From Candidatus Iainarchaeum sp. (lineage in GTDB: Archaea > Iainarchaeota > Iainarchaeia > Iainarchaeales > JAFCCJ01): a stretch of DNA of 62,278 nucleotides. Position numbers and translations under genes: made by a program. Shown here one piece after another: positions 19,462-29,382 of this stretch. The notes beneath the pieces were generated by a model, which did not search any database, was not told the origin of the DNA, and saw nothing but the letters and a program-made list of their open reading frames with translations. The stretch's first letter is position 1; every line of letters starts with the position of its first letter. The DNA is taken from the NCBI GenBank assembly GCA_017610305.1, contig JAFCCJ010000001.1, positions 1-62,278 on the forward strand, in the 5' to 3' direction.

Positions 19462-20730
19462 ATGGTGAAAATAATCCCATTTAAGGGTGTGCGTTACAAT
19501 TCAGAGACTATTGGGGACTTCTCAAAAGTCACATCCCCCCCATATGATGTCATTTCTTCTGAACATCAGGAGATGTACTATGAAAATAACCCATACAATA
19601 TTATAAGGCTGATTCTTGGAAAAAAAACTGAAAGTAATGGTGAGGGGAATAACCGCTATACCCGCGCCAAAAAATTCCTGGACGACTGGTTAAATGAAAA
19701 GGTTCTTGTGCAGGATGAGAAACCATGTGTTTACGTTTATGAGCAGGAGTTCCAAAGAAAGGGGGTCCCAAAAAGCAGAAAGGGATTTATTGCGCTTGCA
19801 AAACTCGAGCCATATTCCAACAGGATTGTACTCGGCCATGAGCGAACCCATCTTGCGCCCATAAAGGACAGGTTTGAGCTGATGAAGGCAACCAAGTGCA
19901 ATATGAGCCCCATTTTCTCCATCTATGAATCAGATAGGGGGAAGATTGATGGCATACTGGAAGAGGAAAGCAAAAAAGAGCCGGTTATTGATTTTAGCGA
20001 CAGGAAAAATGTAAAAAACAGGCTTTGGAGAATTGATGATGAGGACAAGATAAAATTAATTGCCGAAAAAATGGCCGGTAAAAAGATATTCATTGCAGAT
20101 GGGCACCACCGTTATGAGACGGCACTCCATTTCCGGGAGGAAAATGGTGCGGGTGTTGCAGATTATGTTATGATGATGTTCATCGACAGGAATAATCCTG
20201 GTTTAATTGTTATGCCAACCCACAGGCTGGTTTCCAATATTGAAAATTTTGACTCCAAAAAATTTATTGATGGCCTTGAAAAATACTTCTTGGTTGAGGA
20301 GACAAACAAGCATGAGCTGTTTGAGGAAATGGACAAAAACAGGGATAAAAACTGTTTTGGAATCCATGTTGGGAAGAGATTCTATCTCTTAAAACTAAAT
20401 GATTCCAAAATTATGAATGAACTAATGCCTGGAAAGTCTGATTCGCTGAAAAAACTTGATGTTTCTGTGTTGCATTCTGTTGTGCTGAAAAAGTTGCTCG
20501 GCATAAGTGATGGGGATATTAATCTGCAGAAAAATATTTCATATGTGAAATCCAAGCATGTTGCAGTCAGTGCCGTGGGAAGTGGCGAGGCACAAATTGC
20601 CTTCTTCCTTAACCCGACAAAGATAAGCGAGGTGACATCAGTTGCAATGGCTGATGAAAAAATGCCGCAGAAATCAACTTACTTCTTCCCCAAACTCATT
20701 ACGGGAATGGTAATTAACAAATTCGGATGA
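19462..20730 (+). CDS. DUF1015-family protein
   Basis: Characteristic IADGHHRYETAL motif. 422 aa. Confidence 0.8.
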   Translation: MVKIIPFKGVRYNSETIGDFSKVTSPPYDVISSEHQEMYYENNPYNIIRLILGKKTESNGEGNNRYTRAKKFLDDWLNEKVLVQDEKPCVYVYEQEFQRKGVPKSRKGFIALAKLEPYSNRIVLGHERTHLAPIKDRFELMKATKCNMSPIFSIYESDRGKIDGILEEESKKEPVIDFSDRKNVKNRLWRIDDEDKIKLIAEKMAGKKIFIADGHHRYETALHFREENGAGVADYVMMMFIDRNNPGLIVMPTHRLVSNIENFDSKKFIDGLEKYFLVEETNKHELFEEMDKNRDKNCFGIHVGKRFYLLKLNDSKIMNELMPGKSDSLKKLDVSVLHSVVLKKLLGISDGDINLQKNISYVKSKHVAVSAVGSGEAQIAFFLNPTKISEVTSVAMADEKMPQKSTYFFPKLITGMVINKFG

Positions 20731-22365
20731 TTATTGCTTCTTCTTTTTAGTGGGGGCTTTCTTCGCCACTTTTTTCTTCACCGGCTTCTTTGCTTTCGAA
20801 GCGGCGTCATTTTTCTTAGGCTTTGGTTTTGCCTTCTTCCCTGAAACGCCATTTCTCAAAATGGTGTTCAGCATTTTTTCAGTGGCGGCCACAGCAGCCA
20901 TTACCTGATCAGAATCAACACCAATTGTTGTAAACCTTTTTTCACCAAGATCCCAGACAATTTTGGTTTCCACAATTGCATCAGTATTTCCTCCAGGAGG
21001 AATCCTAACCTCATAATCAACAAGACTGGGGAGGGTTATTTTCATCTTCTTTGCCGCCTTGCCTAGGGCATTCATAAACGCATCATAGCCCCCATAGCCC
21101 TCGGCCTCCTCCTCAATTTCCTTTCCATTAAACGCAAGAACAAAAGAAGCTTTAGAGGTGACCCCTTTTCCACTGCTCACCGAGCATTTAATCATATTGA
21201 TTTTCTGTTCGGCAGGCCTTTTCAGCACGTCCTCAATTATATAGGGGAGGTCTTCCCTTGTCAATGTTTCCTTTTTGTCACCTAATTCAACAATTTTTTT
21301 TAGCACAAGGCTCTCCTGTTCAGGGGTGAGGTCAATTCCCAAAGCATTTAAATTCTGCTCCAGTGAAGCTTTTCCACTCAATTTTCCCAATGCATACTCC
21401 CTTTCCCGCCCAAATCTTTCCGGAATAAGCCTGTTTTGGTAAAGGCCGCCCTTTGCATCCCCGTCGGCGTGAATTCCAGCAGTCTGGGTAAAGACACTTT
21501 CCCCGATAATTGGCTTGTTTGATGAGACCCTTTTCCCTGAAAATGCCTCAACCATCTTGCTCAGGTTTGAAAGGGCCTTTTCATTGGCCTTTGTATTCAG
21601 GTCAGTGTGGTCATTAATGTTTGCAACCACTTCCTCCAAAGAGGCATTGCCGGTTCTCTCGCCCAAACCATTTACAGTAACATGGATTCCCCTTGCCCCC
21701 CCTTCCAGAGCCGCAAGAGAATTGGTTGTTGCCAGGCCATAATCATTATGGGCGTGGAAATCAAAATGAACCCCGTGGAAACTTCCGACAGTATTGGAGA
21801 TAAACCCCTCGGTTTCTTTAGGCATCAAAACCCCTAAAGTATCCGGAAGCAGAATTCTTTCAACATTCAAGGAAATAAGATGGGTTATAAGATTGAAAAC
21901 ATAATCCTGGCTTTTTGCCATGCCATTGCTCCAGTCCTCGAGATAAACATTGACAATCATTCCTGTTTCCTTGGCATATTCCACTGTTTTTTCTATATCC
22001 TGAAAATGCTGGTTTTCAGTCTTTTTTAGCTGCAGTGTAAGATGTTTCAATGAGCCCTTTGCAAGGAGGTTTATTGCATTTCCTCCGCAATTCCTCACCC
22101 AATCAACTGACTTTTTACCGTCAATAAAGCCCAAAACCTCGATATTTTCCAGATATCCGGCCTCATTTGCCCAACCACATACTGCTTTAACAGCCTCAGA
22201 TTCACCCTCAGAAACAAGAGCTGAGCCAATCTCAATTCTGTCGATTTTGGCCTCCAGAAGCAGCATTTTGGCAATATTAAGTTTTTCAGCAGGGGTAAAG
22301 GAAACCCCTTTGGTCTGTTCACCGTCTCTGAGCGTGGTATCCATCAATTCAACGAATTTTGCCAT
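20731..22365 (-). CDS. 2-isopropylmalate / (R)-citramalate synthase family enzyme (LeuA/CimA) with a Lys-rich C-terminal tail
   Basis: DRE-TIM motifs DTTLRDGEQ and HAHNDYGLA. LeuA-dimer-type regulatory domain. The last ~39 aa read GKKAKPKPKKNDAASKAKKPVKKKVAKKAPTKKKKQ. Confidence 0.88.
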   Translation of the reverse strand: MAKFVELMDTTLRDGEQTKGVSFTPAEKLNIAKMLLLEAKIDRIEIGSALVSEGESEAVKAVCGWANEAGYLENIEVLGFIDGKKSVDWVRNCGGNAINLLAKGSLKHLTLQLKKTENQHFQDIEKTVEYAKETGMIVNVYLEDWSNGMAKSQDYVFNLITHLISLNVERILLPDTLGVLMPKETEGFISNTVGSFHGVHFDFHAHNDYGLATTNSLAALEGGARGIHVTVNGLGERTGNASLEEVVANINDHTDLNTKANEKALSNLSKMVEAFSGKRVSSNKPIIGESVFTQTAGIHADGDAKGGLYQNRLIPERFGREREYALGKLSGKASLEQNLNALGIDLTPEQESLVLKKIVELGDKKETLTREDLPYIIEDVLKRPAEQKINMIKCSVSSGKGVTSKASFVLAFNGKEIEEEAEGYGGYDAFMNALGKAAKKMKITLPSLVDYEVRIPPGGNTDAIVETKIVWDLGEKRFTTIGVDSDQVMAAVAATEKMLNTILRNGVSGKKAKPKPKKNDAASKAKKPVKKKVAKKAPTKKKKQ

Positions 22366-22441
22366 ATGCTCACCAAAAACAGCCGAATTTTAAAACTATA
22401 TACTAGTCAATTGAATGTCTTAAAAGGCTTTAGGCATTTTT

Positions 22442-24247
22442 CTACATTTTGAGGCGATTATGCTCTTCCTCGACCTTTTCCTTGAGATATGTGATGAATT
22501 CGTCCTTAAAACTCTCTAAACTGGATGTTTTGCCCTCTTCAAGGAATTCGGCAATTTTTTCCAGGAATACATTGCTCCCTATTACTAATGGCAATACGAC
22601 AAAATCAATCCCTTCATCATAAAGCCTGAGGGCATCGCGATAGTAATGGGCCCTTCCAAAAATTACTATTTTCGGGTTTACTTTTTTTGCATAATGTGCA
22701 AGGGGAATGGAATTCTCAACATCAGGAGTTGCCAAAATCAGGAGCTTTGCCTCATTAAGGCTTAGCCTTTGCCATATTTCCTCATTATCAACACTTCCGT
22801 AAAGGGCATGGATTTTATGGTCAATGCAATTAAACACCGCCTCGGAATCATGATCGACAACCACAATTGAATAATTGTCCTTCAATGCCTCTGCAACACT
22901 AAACCCCATCGTGCCTGCGCCAACAACCACAATATGCTTGCTTACTTTTGAGGGAATCTTGTCAAGCTTTTTTATTCGCCAATGAAATCTGGAGTGTGTT
23001 TTAAGCCCCGGAAAAAGCCTTAAGATAATCCTGTCCAGAATCTGGTAAAGCCTGCTTCCATTGTCCATTACATAGGGAGTTAAAACCATTGAAAGGGTGA
23101 TTGTGAAAATAATAAATGAATATATCCCATCACCAAGAATTCCTACAGTTGCGCTTGCGAGGATGAACGAGAACTCTGAAACCTGGGCAAGGCCAAACCC
23201 CACAAGCATTGCAATCCTTCCGCCATAGCCTGAGAAAAGGGTGATGAGATAGAAAATCAGGGGTTTTAGAATGAAAACCGTGCCAAGAATTATCAAAATT
23301 AATGGAAGGGATATTCCAAGGAAGCCGGGGGTTATCTGCAGGCCCAAGGTGACGAAAAAGATTGTCGCAAATAAATCCCTTGTTCCACGGACTTTGCTGT
23401 AAACCTCAAGGTTGTAGGGAAGTGTGGAAAGGGATATGCCTGCAATAAACGCCCCTACTGCTATCGGAAAATCCAGCACATATGCCAATATTATGAAAAG
23501 AAAACAGCTGGACATTCCCGCAAGGAAAAGAAGTTCGCTGGATTCAATCGCAAGCTTGAAAAGCGGCCGGTAAATATATTTGTTAAGTATGTATGCCACC
23601 GCAAGCAGCACCACAACCGAAAGAAACATCATCATCAGGGAGTTTGGTTCCAGCAGGCTCGCCAAAGCCACACCAGGCTGCAGTTTGCTGAAAAGTGGGA
23701 TTGCAAGTATAACCAATAAATCCTGAACAAGCAGGAAACCAATCATCAGCCGCCCCTGCAGTGAGTTGATAAGGTGCTTATCTGAAAGTATTTTCACCAC
23801 AACTGTTGTTGCACTGAAAGAAAGGATAACTCCCAAAAGTAAAGCTGTTTCAAGGGGAAGCAGGCCCGTCATAACTGTTGTAGCTATCACGAACAGTATT
23901 GTCAGGATGAACTGCATTATGCCGCCGAGAAGAACCACTTTTCCCATTTCTGCAAGCTTTGAAAAATCACTCTCAACACCAACACTGAACAATAAAAGCG
24001 CGACACCAATCTCGGAGAGGATTAATATTTCGGTGCCGATTTCCTGAATTCCAATAGGGATTTCCCCAATAGGGCTCGGGATGCTCAGACCCAAGGAGCC
24101 CAAAGCAAAAGGCCCCAAAAAAAGGCCTGCAACAATGAACGCAAGGAGCGGGGGCTGCTTGAAAATCTTCGCAAGGTAACTGAAAAAAGTGGCGGCAAGC
24201 AAAATCATGCCCAAATCAACTAACAAAGTAAGGTCAACCGGAACCAT
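22442..24247 (-). CDS. Kef-type monovalent cation:proton antiporter (CPA2) with a C-terminal RCK/TrkA-N domain
   Basis: ~12 TM segments followed by the Rossmann motif VVVGAGTMGFSVAEAL. 601 aa. Confidence 0.85.
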   Translation of the reverse strand: MVPVDLTLLVDLGMILLAATFFSYLAKIFKQPPLLAFIVAGLFLGPFALGSLGLSIPSPIGEIPIGIQEIGTEILILSEIGVALLLFSVGVESDFSKLAEMGKVVLLGGIMQFILTILFVIATTVMTGLLPLETALLLGVILSFSATTVVVKILSDKHLINSLQGRLMIGFLLVQDLLVILAIPLFSKLQPGVALASLLEPNSLMMMFLSVVVLLAVAYILNKYIYRPLFKLAIESSELLFLAGMSSCFLFIILAYVLDFPIAVGAFIAGISLSTLPYNLEVYSKVRGTRDLFATIFFVTLGLQITPGFLGISLPLILIILGTVFILKPLIFYLITLFSGYGGRIAMLVGFGLAQVSEFSFILASATVGILGDGIYSFIIFTITLSMVLTPYVMDNGSRLYQILDRIILRLFPGLKTHSRFHWRIKKLDKIPSKVSKHIVVVGAGTMGFSVAEALKDNYSIVVVDHDSEAVFNCIDHKIHALYGSVDNEEIWQRLSLNEAKLLILATPDVENSIPLAHYAKKVNPKIVIFGRAHYYRDALRLYDEGIDFVVLPLVIGSNVFLEKIAEFLEEGKTSSLESFKDEFITYLKEKVEEEHNRLKM

Positions 24248-24366
24248 GCTAAGAATTAGTGTTATGTGATTAATAAATTATTCGGTATTGTGGCAATAGT
24301 TTTTTGCCCTTTAAAAGGGTGAAAAAAGGAAATTATTTAAGTGGGCGCTGCTCAGGGTTTCGGAAG

Positions 24367-24375
24367 ATATAAATA
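24367..24375 (+). promoter_or_regulatory. Candidate TATA box in the divergent Kef / Cys-rich lipoprotein intergenic region
   Basis: ATATAAATA lies 23 nt upstream of the ATG at 24398, compatible with a leaderless or short-leader archaeal promoter. Confidence 0.3.
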
Positions 24376-24397
24376 GGAGTTTGGGCTTATTTGTGGC

Positions 24398-25681
24398 ATG
24401 AGAAAAGCACTGTTCGCACTTCTAATGGTAGTAATTCTTTTTGCCGGTTGCAATCAAGCTGAAATTCCTGTATGCGGCGATGATGTTTGTGATGAATCAT
24501 CTGAAACCTATGACAGCTGTCCATCTGACTGCAACAGCCAAATAATAGAAAACCCAAATGAATGCGAGAGCAATCTTGATTGCAATGACAATCTTTCTTC
24601 AACTGAAGATATTTGTTCAGGTTCTCCAAAAGCGTGTTCAAACAACCAAATAACTGGATGTGTTAATGGGGACAACTACTGCCCCGCAGGTTGCAACAAT
24701 TCATCTGATTCGGATTGTCTGGCATTTGGCCAATGTCAAACCAGTCTTGATTGTGACGACTCTAATGATGCAACAAAAGACATCTGTAACGGAAAAACAA
24801 AAACCTGCCTGCATATATTGAAGACCTGTTCGGAATTGGGAGGAGATTTTTGTATACCGGGCCAAACATGCCCAGAAGAATATGTGCCTTCCTCAGATTT
24901 ACCCACGTGTTGTCTTGTATCCTGCGTTGAGGAAGCTTCGTGCGTAAATATCTCCTGCCCTGACGACCAGAAATGTGCGAATGGGTCCTGTGTGCTGAAA
25001 AACTGCACTGAAATAGGCGGCGAAGTATGTTCCGACTCCGAAGATTGCACAGGAAGCTATTCGAATGCTTTTGACACAAGTTATTGTTGCATCGGGAATT
25101 GCCTGCCCAAATCAACGGTTAGTTGCCGTTCCGATTCAAAATATATTATTTACGATAGTCGGTTATGTGATGATGGCGACCCCTGCACTATTGACATTTG
25201 TGATGCAACCACCCTAGAATGTGTCATTACAGAAAATACTCAGTGCATTTCAGGCGATGGCTGCTGCCCTAGCGGATGTGATGATCAAAACGACAGGGAT
25301 TGTGAATGTGATTATCAAAACGACAAGGATTGTGAAGTTCCAATAATCGACTGCGCTGACGATGCATTCTGTTGGGATGATGTTCTAAAAACCTGTCATC
25401 CGGCTACAACAATAACGGGTATCGCCTCAATGAGGGAGACATTGGTTACAATTAATGGAGTAGTAGGAGATAGCTGCCATATACATCACCTGAGAACAAT
25501 AGACCCCGACCCTAACTGGGAAGGAACTTATTATGAATGCTATATTCCGAGGGAGGGGTTAGATCGGGATTTCTATAGGGCTTGGGTAGCGGTGCATATA
25601 CTAGATTCTTGCACAGGCACTCTTGTTGATGAATTAAAATCTAGGTGCCCGAAAGGGTTGGTGGATGGGCGCTGCGTCTAA
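24398..25681 (+). CDS. Secreted Cys-rich lipoprotein
   Basis: Signal peptide plus lipobox (LFAGC). N-terminal CGDDVCDESSETYDSCPSDC module, then many CxxxC-type repeats. 427 aa. Confidence 0.7.
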   Translation: MRKALFALLMVVILFAGCNQAEIPVCGDDVCDESSETYDSCPSDCNSQIIENPNECESNLDCNDNLSSTEDICSGSPKACSNNQITGCVNGDNYCPAGCNNSSDSDCLAFGQCQTSLDCDDSNDATKDICNGKTKTCLHILKTCSELGGDFCIPGQTCPEEYVPSSDLPTCCLVSCVEEASCVNISCPDDQKCANGSCVLKNCTEIGGEVCSDSEDCTGSYSNAFDTSYCCIGNCLPKSTVSCRSDSKYIIYDSRLCDDGDPCTIDICDATTLECVITENTQCISGDGCCPSGCDDQNDRDCECDYQNDKDCEVPIIDCADDAFCWDDVLKTCHPATTITGIASMRETLVTINGVVGDSCHIHHLRTIDPDPNWEGTYYECYIPREGLDRDFYRAWVAVHILDSCTGTLVDELKSRCPKGLVDGRCV

Positions 25682-25749
25682 TTTGGCACCGGAAACCCAC
25701 ACCCCGAAAGGGTTGGTGGCGGGGCGCCATTACAAAAACACCGTTTACT

Positions 25750-26277
25750 TTAATTAATGCTCACAATGTCTCCAATCTCAATGCCTTTCTCATTAGTGAA
25801 CCCGGCATTGACCTCAACCACATATTTTGCGGATTTTGCCGGCCTATATGAGGGGCAGCTTTGAGTTATGCAGGGAACTGCGTACTCAATATGCACAATT
25901 TCCATATTCCCATTAACCCAAATTATGTCCAATGGAATAAGGGTATTTTTCATCCAGAAGGAATGGGTTCCTTCATTTTCGAAAATAAAAAGCATTCCCT
26001 CATTTTCCCCCAGATTTTCCCTGAACATCAGGCCCATAGACCTTTTCTCAGAGCTGTCTGCAAGCTCCACATTAACACACGCCTCTGGAAAGCATACATC
26101 AGTTCCTTTATCATCTGAATTTGGTTGGTTGGTTTGTTCCGGCTCAGAATCGCCGGAAATTTCCCCATTAAGAACAAGGGCAGGGTCTTTGATTGTTTCA
26201 ATTGTGGATTGTGCAACGATAAAAACAGCTCCAAGAATAACTGCGACTGCCAAAAATGATATTATGCTCTTCTCCAT
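25750..26277 (-). CDS. DUF192-family protein with an N-terminal membrane anchor
   Basis: RSMGLMFRENLGENEGMLFIFE...FWMKNTLIPLDIIWV pattern typical of DUF192. Confidence 0.8.
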   Translation of the reverse strand: MEKSIISFLAVAVILGAVFIVAQSTIETIKDPALVLNGEISGDSEPEQTNQPNSDDKGTDVCFPEACVNVELADSSEKRSMGLMFRENLGENEGMLFIFENEGTHSFWMKNTLIPLDIIWVNGNMEIVHIEYAVPCITQSCPSYRPAKSAKYVVEVNAGFTNEKGIEIGDIVSIN

Positions 26278-27653
26278 TTGACTCCCCCGGAGGTGTCGTT
26301 AAGAACTATTCCCTTTGCATTTAATTTTTCCCTGATTTCATCAGCCCTTTTCCAGTCCTTTTCCTTTCTCGCCTTTTCCCTTTTCTCAATTAGTGCGGCA
26401 AGTTCAGGCTCAAGCTCTTCCTTTTCGGTTTCAAATGTAAATACCACAAAAACCGAATCAATTTCCTTAAGGAATTCAATTATTTTTTTAGCATTTCCTT
26501 TTCCCAATTTTCCTTCATCATAAATCTTATTCACATTCCTGATGAATTCATTCAGCACAGCCCAGGCCGCGGGGGTGTTGAAATCGTCATCCATCTCCTC
26601 AGCAAATTTCTTTCTTGTTTCCTCAATCAGATTATCAATAGCCTTGTTTTCATTTCCACTATCCAATTCCAAAAGATTCCTAATTGTGTTATTGAACTTA
26701 TCCAGATTTTCCTTTACTTCGCCCATCGATTTCTCGGTGAAATCAATCCTTGAACGGTATTGCACACCTGAAACAAAGAAGCGGAAAACTTTTGGGTCAT
26801 ATCTTGCAAGGAGTTCAGGAATCTCGATAAAATTTCCAAGGGATTTTGACATTTTTTCGCCCTCGACATTCAGGAAGCCCCCGTGCATCCAGTACTTGAC
26901 AAATGGTTTCTTTCCTGTTGCTGCCTCACTTTGCGCAATCTCGTTCTCGTGGTGGGGAAAAACCAAATCAACAGCTCCCCCATGAATATCAAACTGGTCT
27001 CCTAAAAATTTCTTGCTCATTACACTGCACTCAATATGCCAGCCAGGCCTTCCCTTTCCCCATGGGCTTTCCCATGAAGGTTCGCCTTCCTTTGCCTTTT
27101 TCCACAGGGCGAAATCCATCGCATTTTCCTTCTCATATTTATCGGTGTCAATCCTTGTCCCTGTCTTTTGCTTATCGATTTTCACTCCACTCAGTTTTCC
27201 ATAATCCTTAAATTTAGAAATGTCATAATAAATCCCGTCATCGGTCTCATAGGCAAAACCTTTCTCCTGCAGGGTTTTCACCATCTCAATTATTTCAGGA
27301 ATTACCTCAGTAACCCTTGGGTTTTCATCGGCCTTCTTAATCCCCAATTGGTCCAGGTCATTGAAAAATAATTCAATGTTCTTATCTGCCAGCTTGAAAA
27401 TGGTGGTGTTTTGCTCATTTGCCTTCTTTATAATGTCATCATGAATATCAGTAATGTTCACCACATAAGTGACCTTATAGCCCCTGTACTCCAGATAGCG
27501 TCGGATAATATCAAAAGAAACATAGGTCTTTGCATGGCCAATATGCCCTGGGCCATAAACAGTCGGACCGCAGACATACATGCCCACTTCCTTGCCCTTA
27601 ATCGGCTTAAATTCGTCCTTTTTTCGGGTTAATGTATTGTGAACTTTAATCAT
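26262..27653 (-). CDS. cysS: Cysteinyl-tRNA synthetase
   Basis: HIGH (HIGHAKTY) and KMSKS (KMSKSLGN) motifs. 463 aa. Confidence 0.96.
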   Translation of the reverse strand: MIKVHNTLTRKKDEFKPIKGKEVGMYVCGPTVYGPGHIGHAKTYVSFDIIRRYLEYRGYKVTYVVNITDIHDDIIKKANEQNTTIFKLADKNIELFFNDLDQLGIKKADENPRVTEVIPEIIEMVKTLQEKGFAYETDDGIYYDISKFKDYGKLSGVKIDKQKTGTRIDTDKYEKENAMDFALWKKAKEGEPSWESPWGKGRPGWHIECSVMSKKFLGDQFDIHGGAVDLVFPHHENEIAQSEAATGKKPFVKYWMHGGFLNVEGEKMSKSLGNFIEIPELLARYDPKVFRFFVSGVQYRSRIDFTEKSMGEVKENLDKFNNTIRNLLELDSGNENKAIDNLIEETRKKFAEEMDDDFNTPAAWAVLNEFIRNVNKIYDEGKLGKGNAKKIIEFLKEIDSVFVVFTFETEKEELEPELAALIEKREKARKEKDWKRADEIREKLNAKGIVLNDTSGGVKWRRA

Positions 27654-27746
27654 ACATTATTTTTAGAATAAGAGTTATTTAAAGAATTGTCATGTTGAAA
27701 TTATTTGATAATAAACTGTCTAAACTATTTAATCAATTTATACGCA

Positions 27747-28868
27747 TTATGCGAATTCTGATAGGGGGAATTGCCTTGAACCCTTCAATTTTAGGTAGGG
27801 TAGGGCCCTTTTTAGGATAACTCCCTTCTTTTTCAAATCATTAAATGAGGCTATTTCTCCGTTTTTTTGGCCTTTCACTATATTTTCGGCTGTTTTTGGC
27901 CCTATCCCTGGGATCCTGAGCAATTCACCATAGCTGGAGTTTTTTGGGTCTAAAAGCAGTTTTTCCTCCGATGCAAACAGTATTTTCGGGTCGGTGTGGA
28001 GATTCAAATTTCCCTCATCATTCAGCACTGAAATCATCTCATTTGGGGAGTAACCATATTCCCGCATAAGCCAATCTGTTTGGTATAGGCGATGCTCCCT
28101 TACAGCAGGAACCTCCTTTTGCTTTTCTAATTCAGTTCCCCTTACAGGGTGGAAGGCGGAAAAATAAACCCTGTTTAATTTCATCTCATTGTAGAGTTTG
28201 TTCATTGATTTTATATAAGAAGAATCATTTTCTCCCGCTCCCCCCACAATCATCTGTGTGGTGTGGCCACTTTTAACCAATCCCTTTTCTTTCATCTCTT
28301 TTGCCCATCTCATCCTCCGCAAAATATCAATATTGTAATCCTTTGTTGAGGACATTTCGGAGAAAGAGGATTTTTCCGGGGATTCAATATTCACTGAAAG
28401 CCGGTCTGCATAGCGCGCCAATTCTTTCACATGGTCCTTTGAAACTCCTGGCAAAAGTTTAAGGTGCAGGTAGCCTGTAAAGTTCAACCGCTCTCTCATA
28501 ATCTTCGCGGTCTCAATCATCTTTTCAGTAATTAAATCAGTGTCCTTTGTGACTGCTGATGAAAGGAACAGGCCGTGAACCAAACCATCCTTGTAAAACT
28601 TGGTTGCGGTCTTCGCCAGTTCCTCCGGCTCAAAAATTGTTTTCTGCTTCCCTTCCGCAGAATTGTAACAGTACTTGCAGTCATGGAGACAGGAGTTTGA
28701 GAAGAGAACTTTCATTACTCTGCAATTTTCCTCCTTTGCTGTGCAGTCATAAACTCCCAAACTGTTCATTGCAAGGGTGTCTCTTTTCTTTTTCACATTT
28801 CTTGCGCTGCCGCAGACATCATAATTTGCGCCTGAACCTAAAATATTCAGTTTTTGGATTGTGTTCAT
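27747..28868 (-). CDS. Radical SAM protein with a C-terminal helix-hairpin-helix (putative DNA modification/repair type)
   Basis: CxxxCxxC cluster motif (CLHDCKYC). C-terminal HhH LLRIPGIGPKTAENIV. Confidence 0.75.
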   Translation of the reverse strand: MNTIQKLNILGSGANYDVCGSARNVKKKRDTLAMNSLGVYDCTAKEENCRVMKVLFSNSCLHDCKYCYNSAEGKQKTIFEPEELAKTATKFYKDGLVHGLFLSSAVTKDTDLITEKMIETAKIMRERLNFTGYLHLKLLPGVSKDHVKELARYADRLSVNIESPEKSSFSEMSSTKDYNIDILRRMRWAKEMKEKGLVKSGHTTQMIVGGAGENDSSYIKSMNKLYNEMKLNRVYFSAFHPVRGTELEKQKEVPAVREHRLYQTDWLMREYGYSPNEMISVLNDEGNLNLHTDPKILFASEEKLLLDPKNSSYGELLRIPGIGPKTAENIVKGQKNGEIASFNDLKKKGVILKRALPYLKLKGSRQFPLSEFA

Positions 28869-28920
28869 CCCTAATAATTAGTTTCAGGGCTTTTTATTCG
28901 ATTTCGGGAGTGGGTTTCCG

Positions 28921-29376
28921 GTGCCAGAAAACTATAAATATTACTTAATTGGACATATTATTGTGAATTTTACAGAATTATTTACGCAGGATAATCTCAA
29001 AATAATCGCCGTGGGATTTATAATTGTCATGGCTATCGATGTGCTAGGTGGACTTCTTAATATCTACCTACTTGGGTTTTTTTTGTTTTTACTTTTTTAT
29101 ATCGGTATCGGTTATTTTCTGGCTAAAATCAAGCAAATGAAAGACCTGGATGCAATTCGTATTATCGGAATAATTGGAATTCTTAAAATAATAGTCGTCT
29201 TGGGGTTTGAGTATTTCTTTTTGTACGATAAGATTGAGAATCTAATCTTTCATGGAGAATTTATCTGGTATTTGTTAGCCGTCTATGGCTGGTATTTCGG
29301 GACGGTAATAATGCTTGGAGCCGGAGGCATAGGTCTTGGGAAACATAAACTAAAACTCGCCAAATTGGAAAATTAA
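28921..29376 (+). CDS. Small integral membrane protein
   Basis: 4-5 hydrophobic segments. GTG start in the track. I recognised no family. Confidence 0.5.
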   Translation: MPENYKYYLIGHIIVNFTELFTQDNLKIIAVGFIIVMAIDVLGGLLNIYLLGFFLFLLFYIGIGYFLAKIKQMKDLDAIRIIGIIGILKIIVVLGFEYFFLYDKIENLIFHGEFIWYLLAVYGWYFGTVIMLGAGGIGLGKHKLKLAKLEN

Positions 29377-29382
29377 TTGAAT

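Noticed and set aside
20731-22365. I considered calling this gene the homocitrate synthase of a LysW-dependent lysine pathway.
   Set aside because: It carries a LeuA-dimer-type C-terminal regulatory domain typical of IPMS/citramalate synthases. It is 8 kb from the LysW-like gene, with unrelated genes between. The sequence alone cannot discriminate substrate, so it stays at family level.
24248-24397. The palindrome CCCTTTAAAAGGG preceded by a T-run looked like a terminator or small RNA.
   Set aside because: It sits between two divergently transcribed genes, so a terminator is not expected there. It is short and AT-rich, and more likely part of the shared promoter region. I found no further structure.
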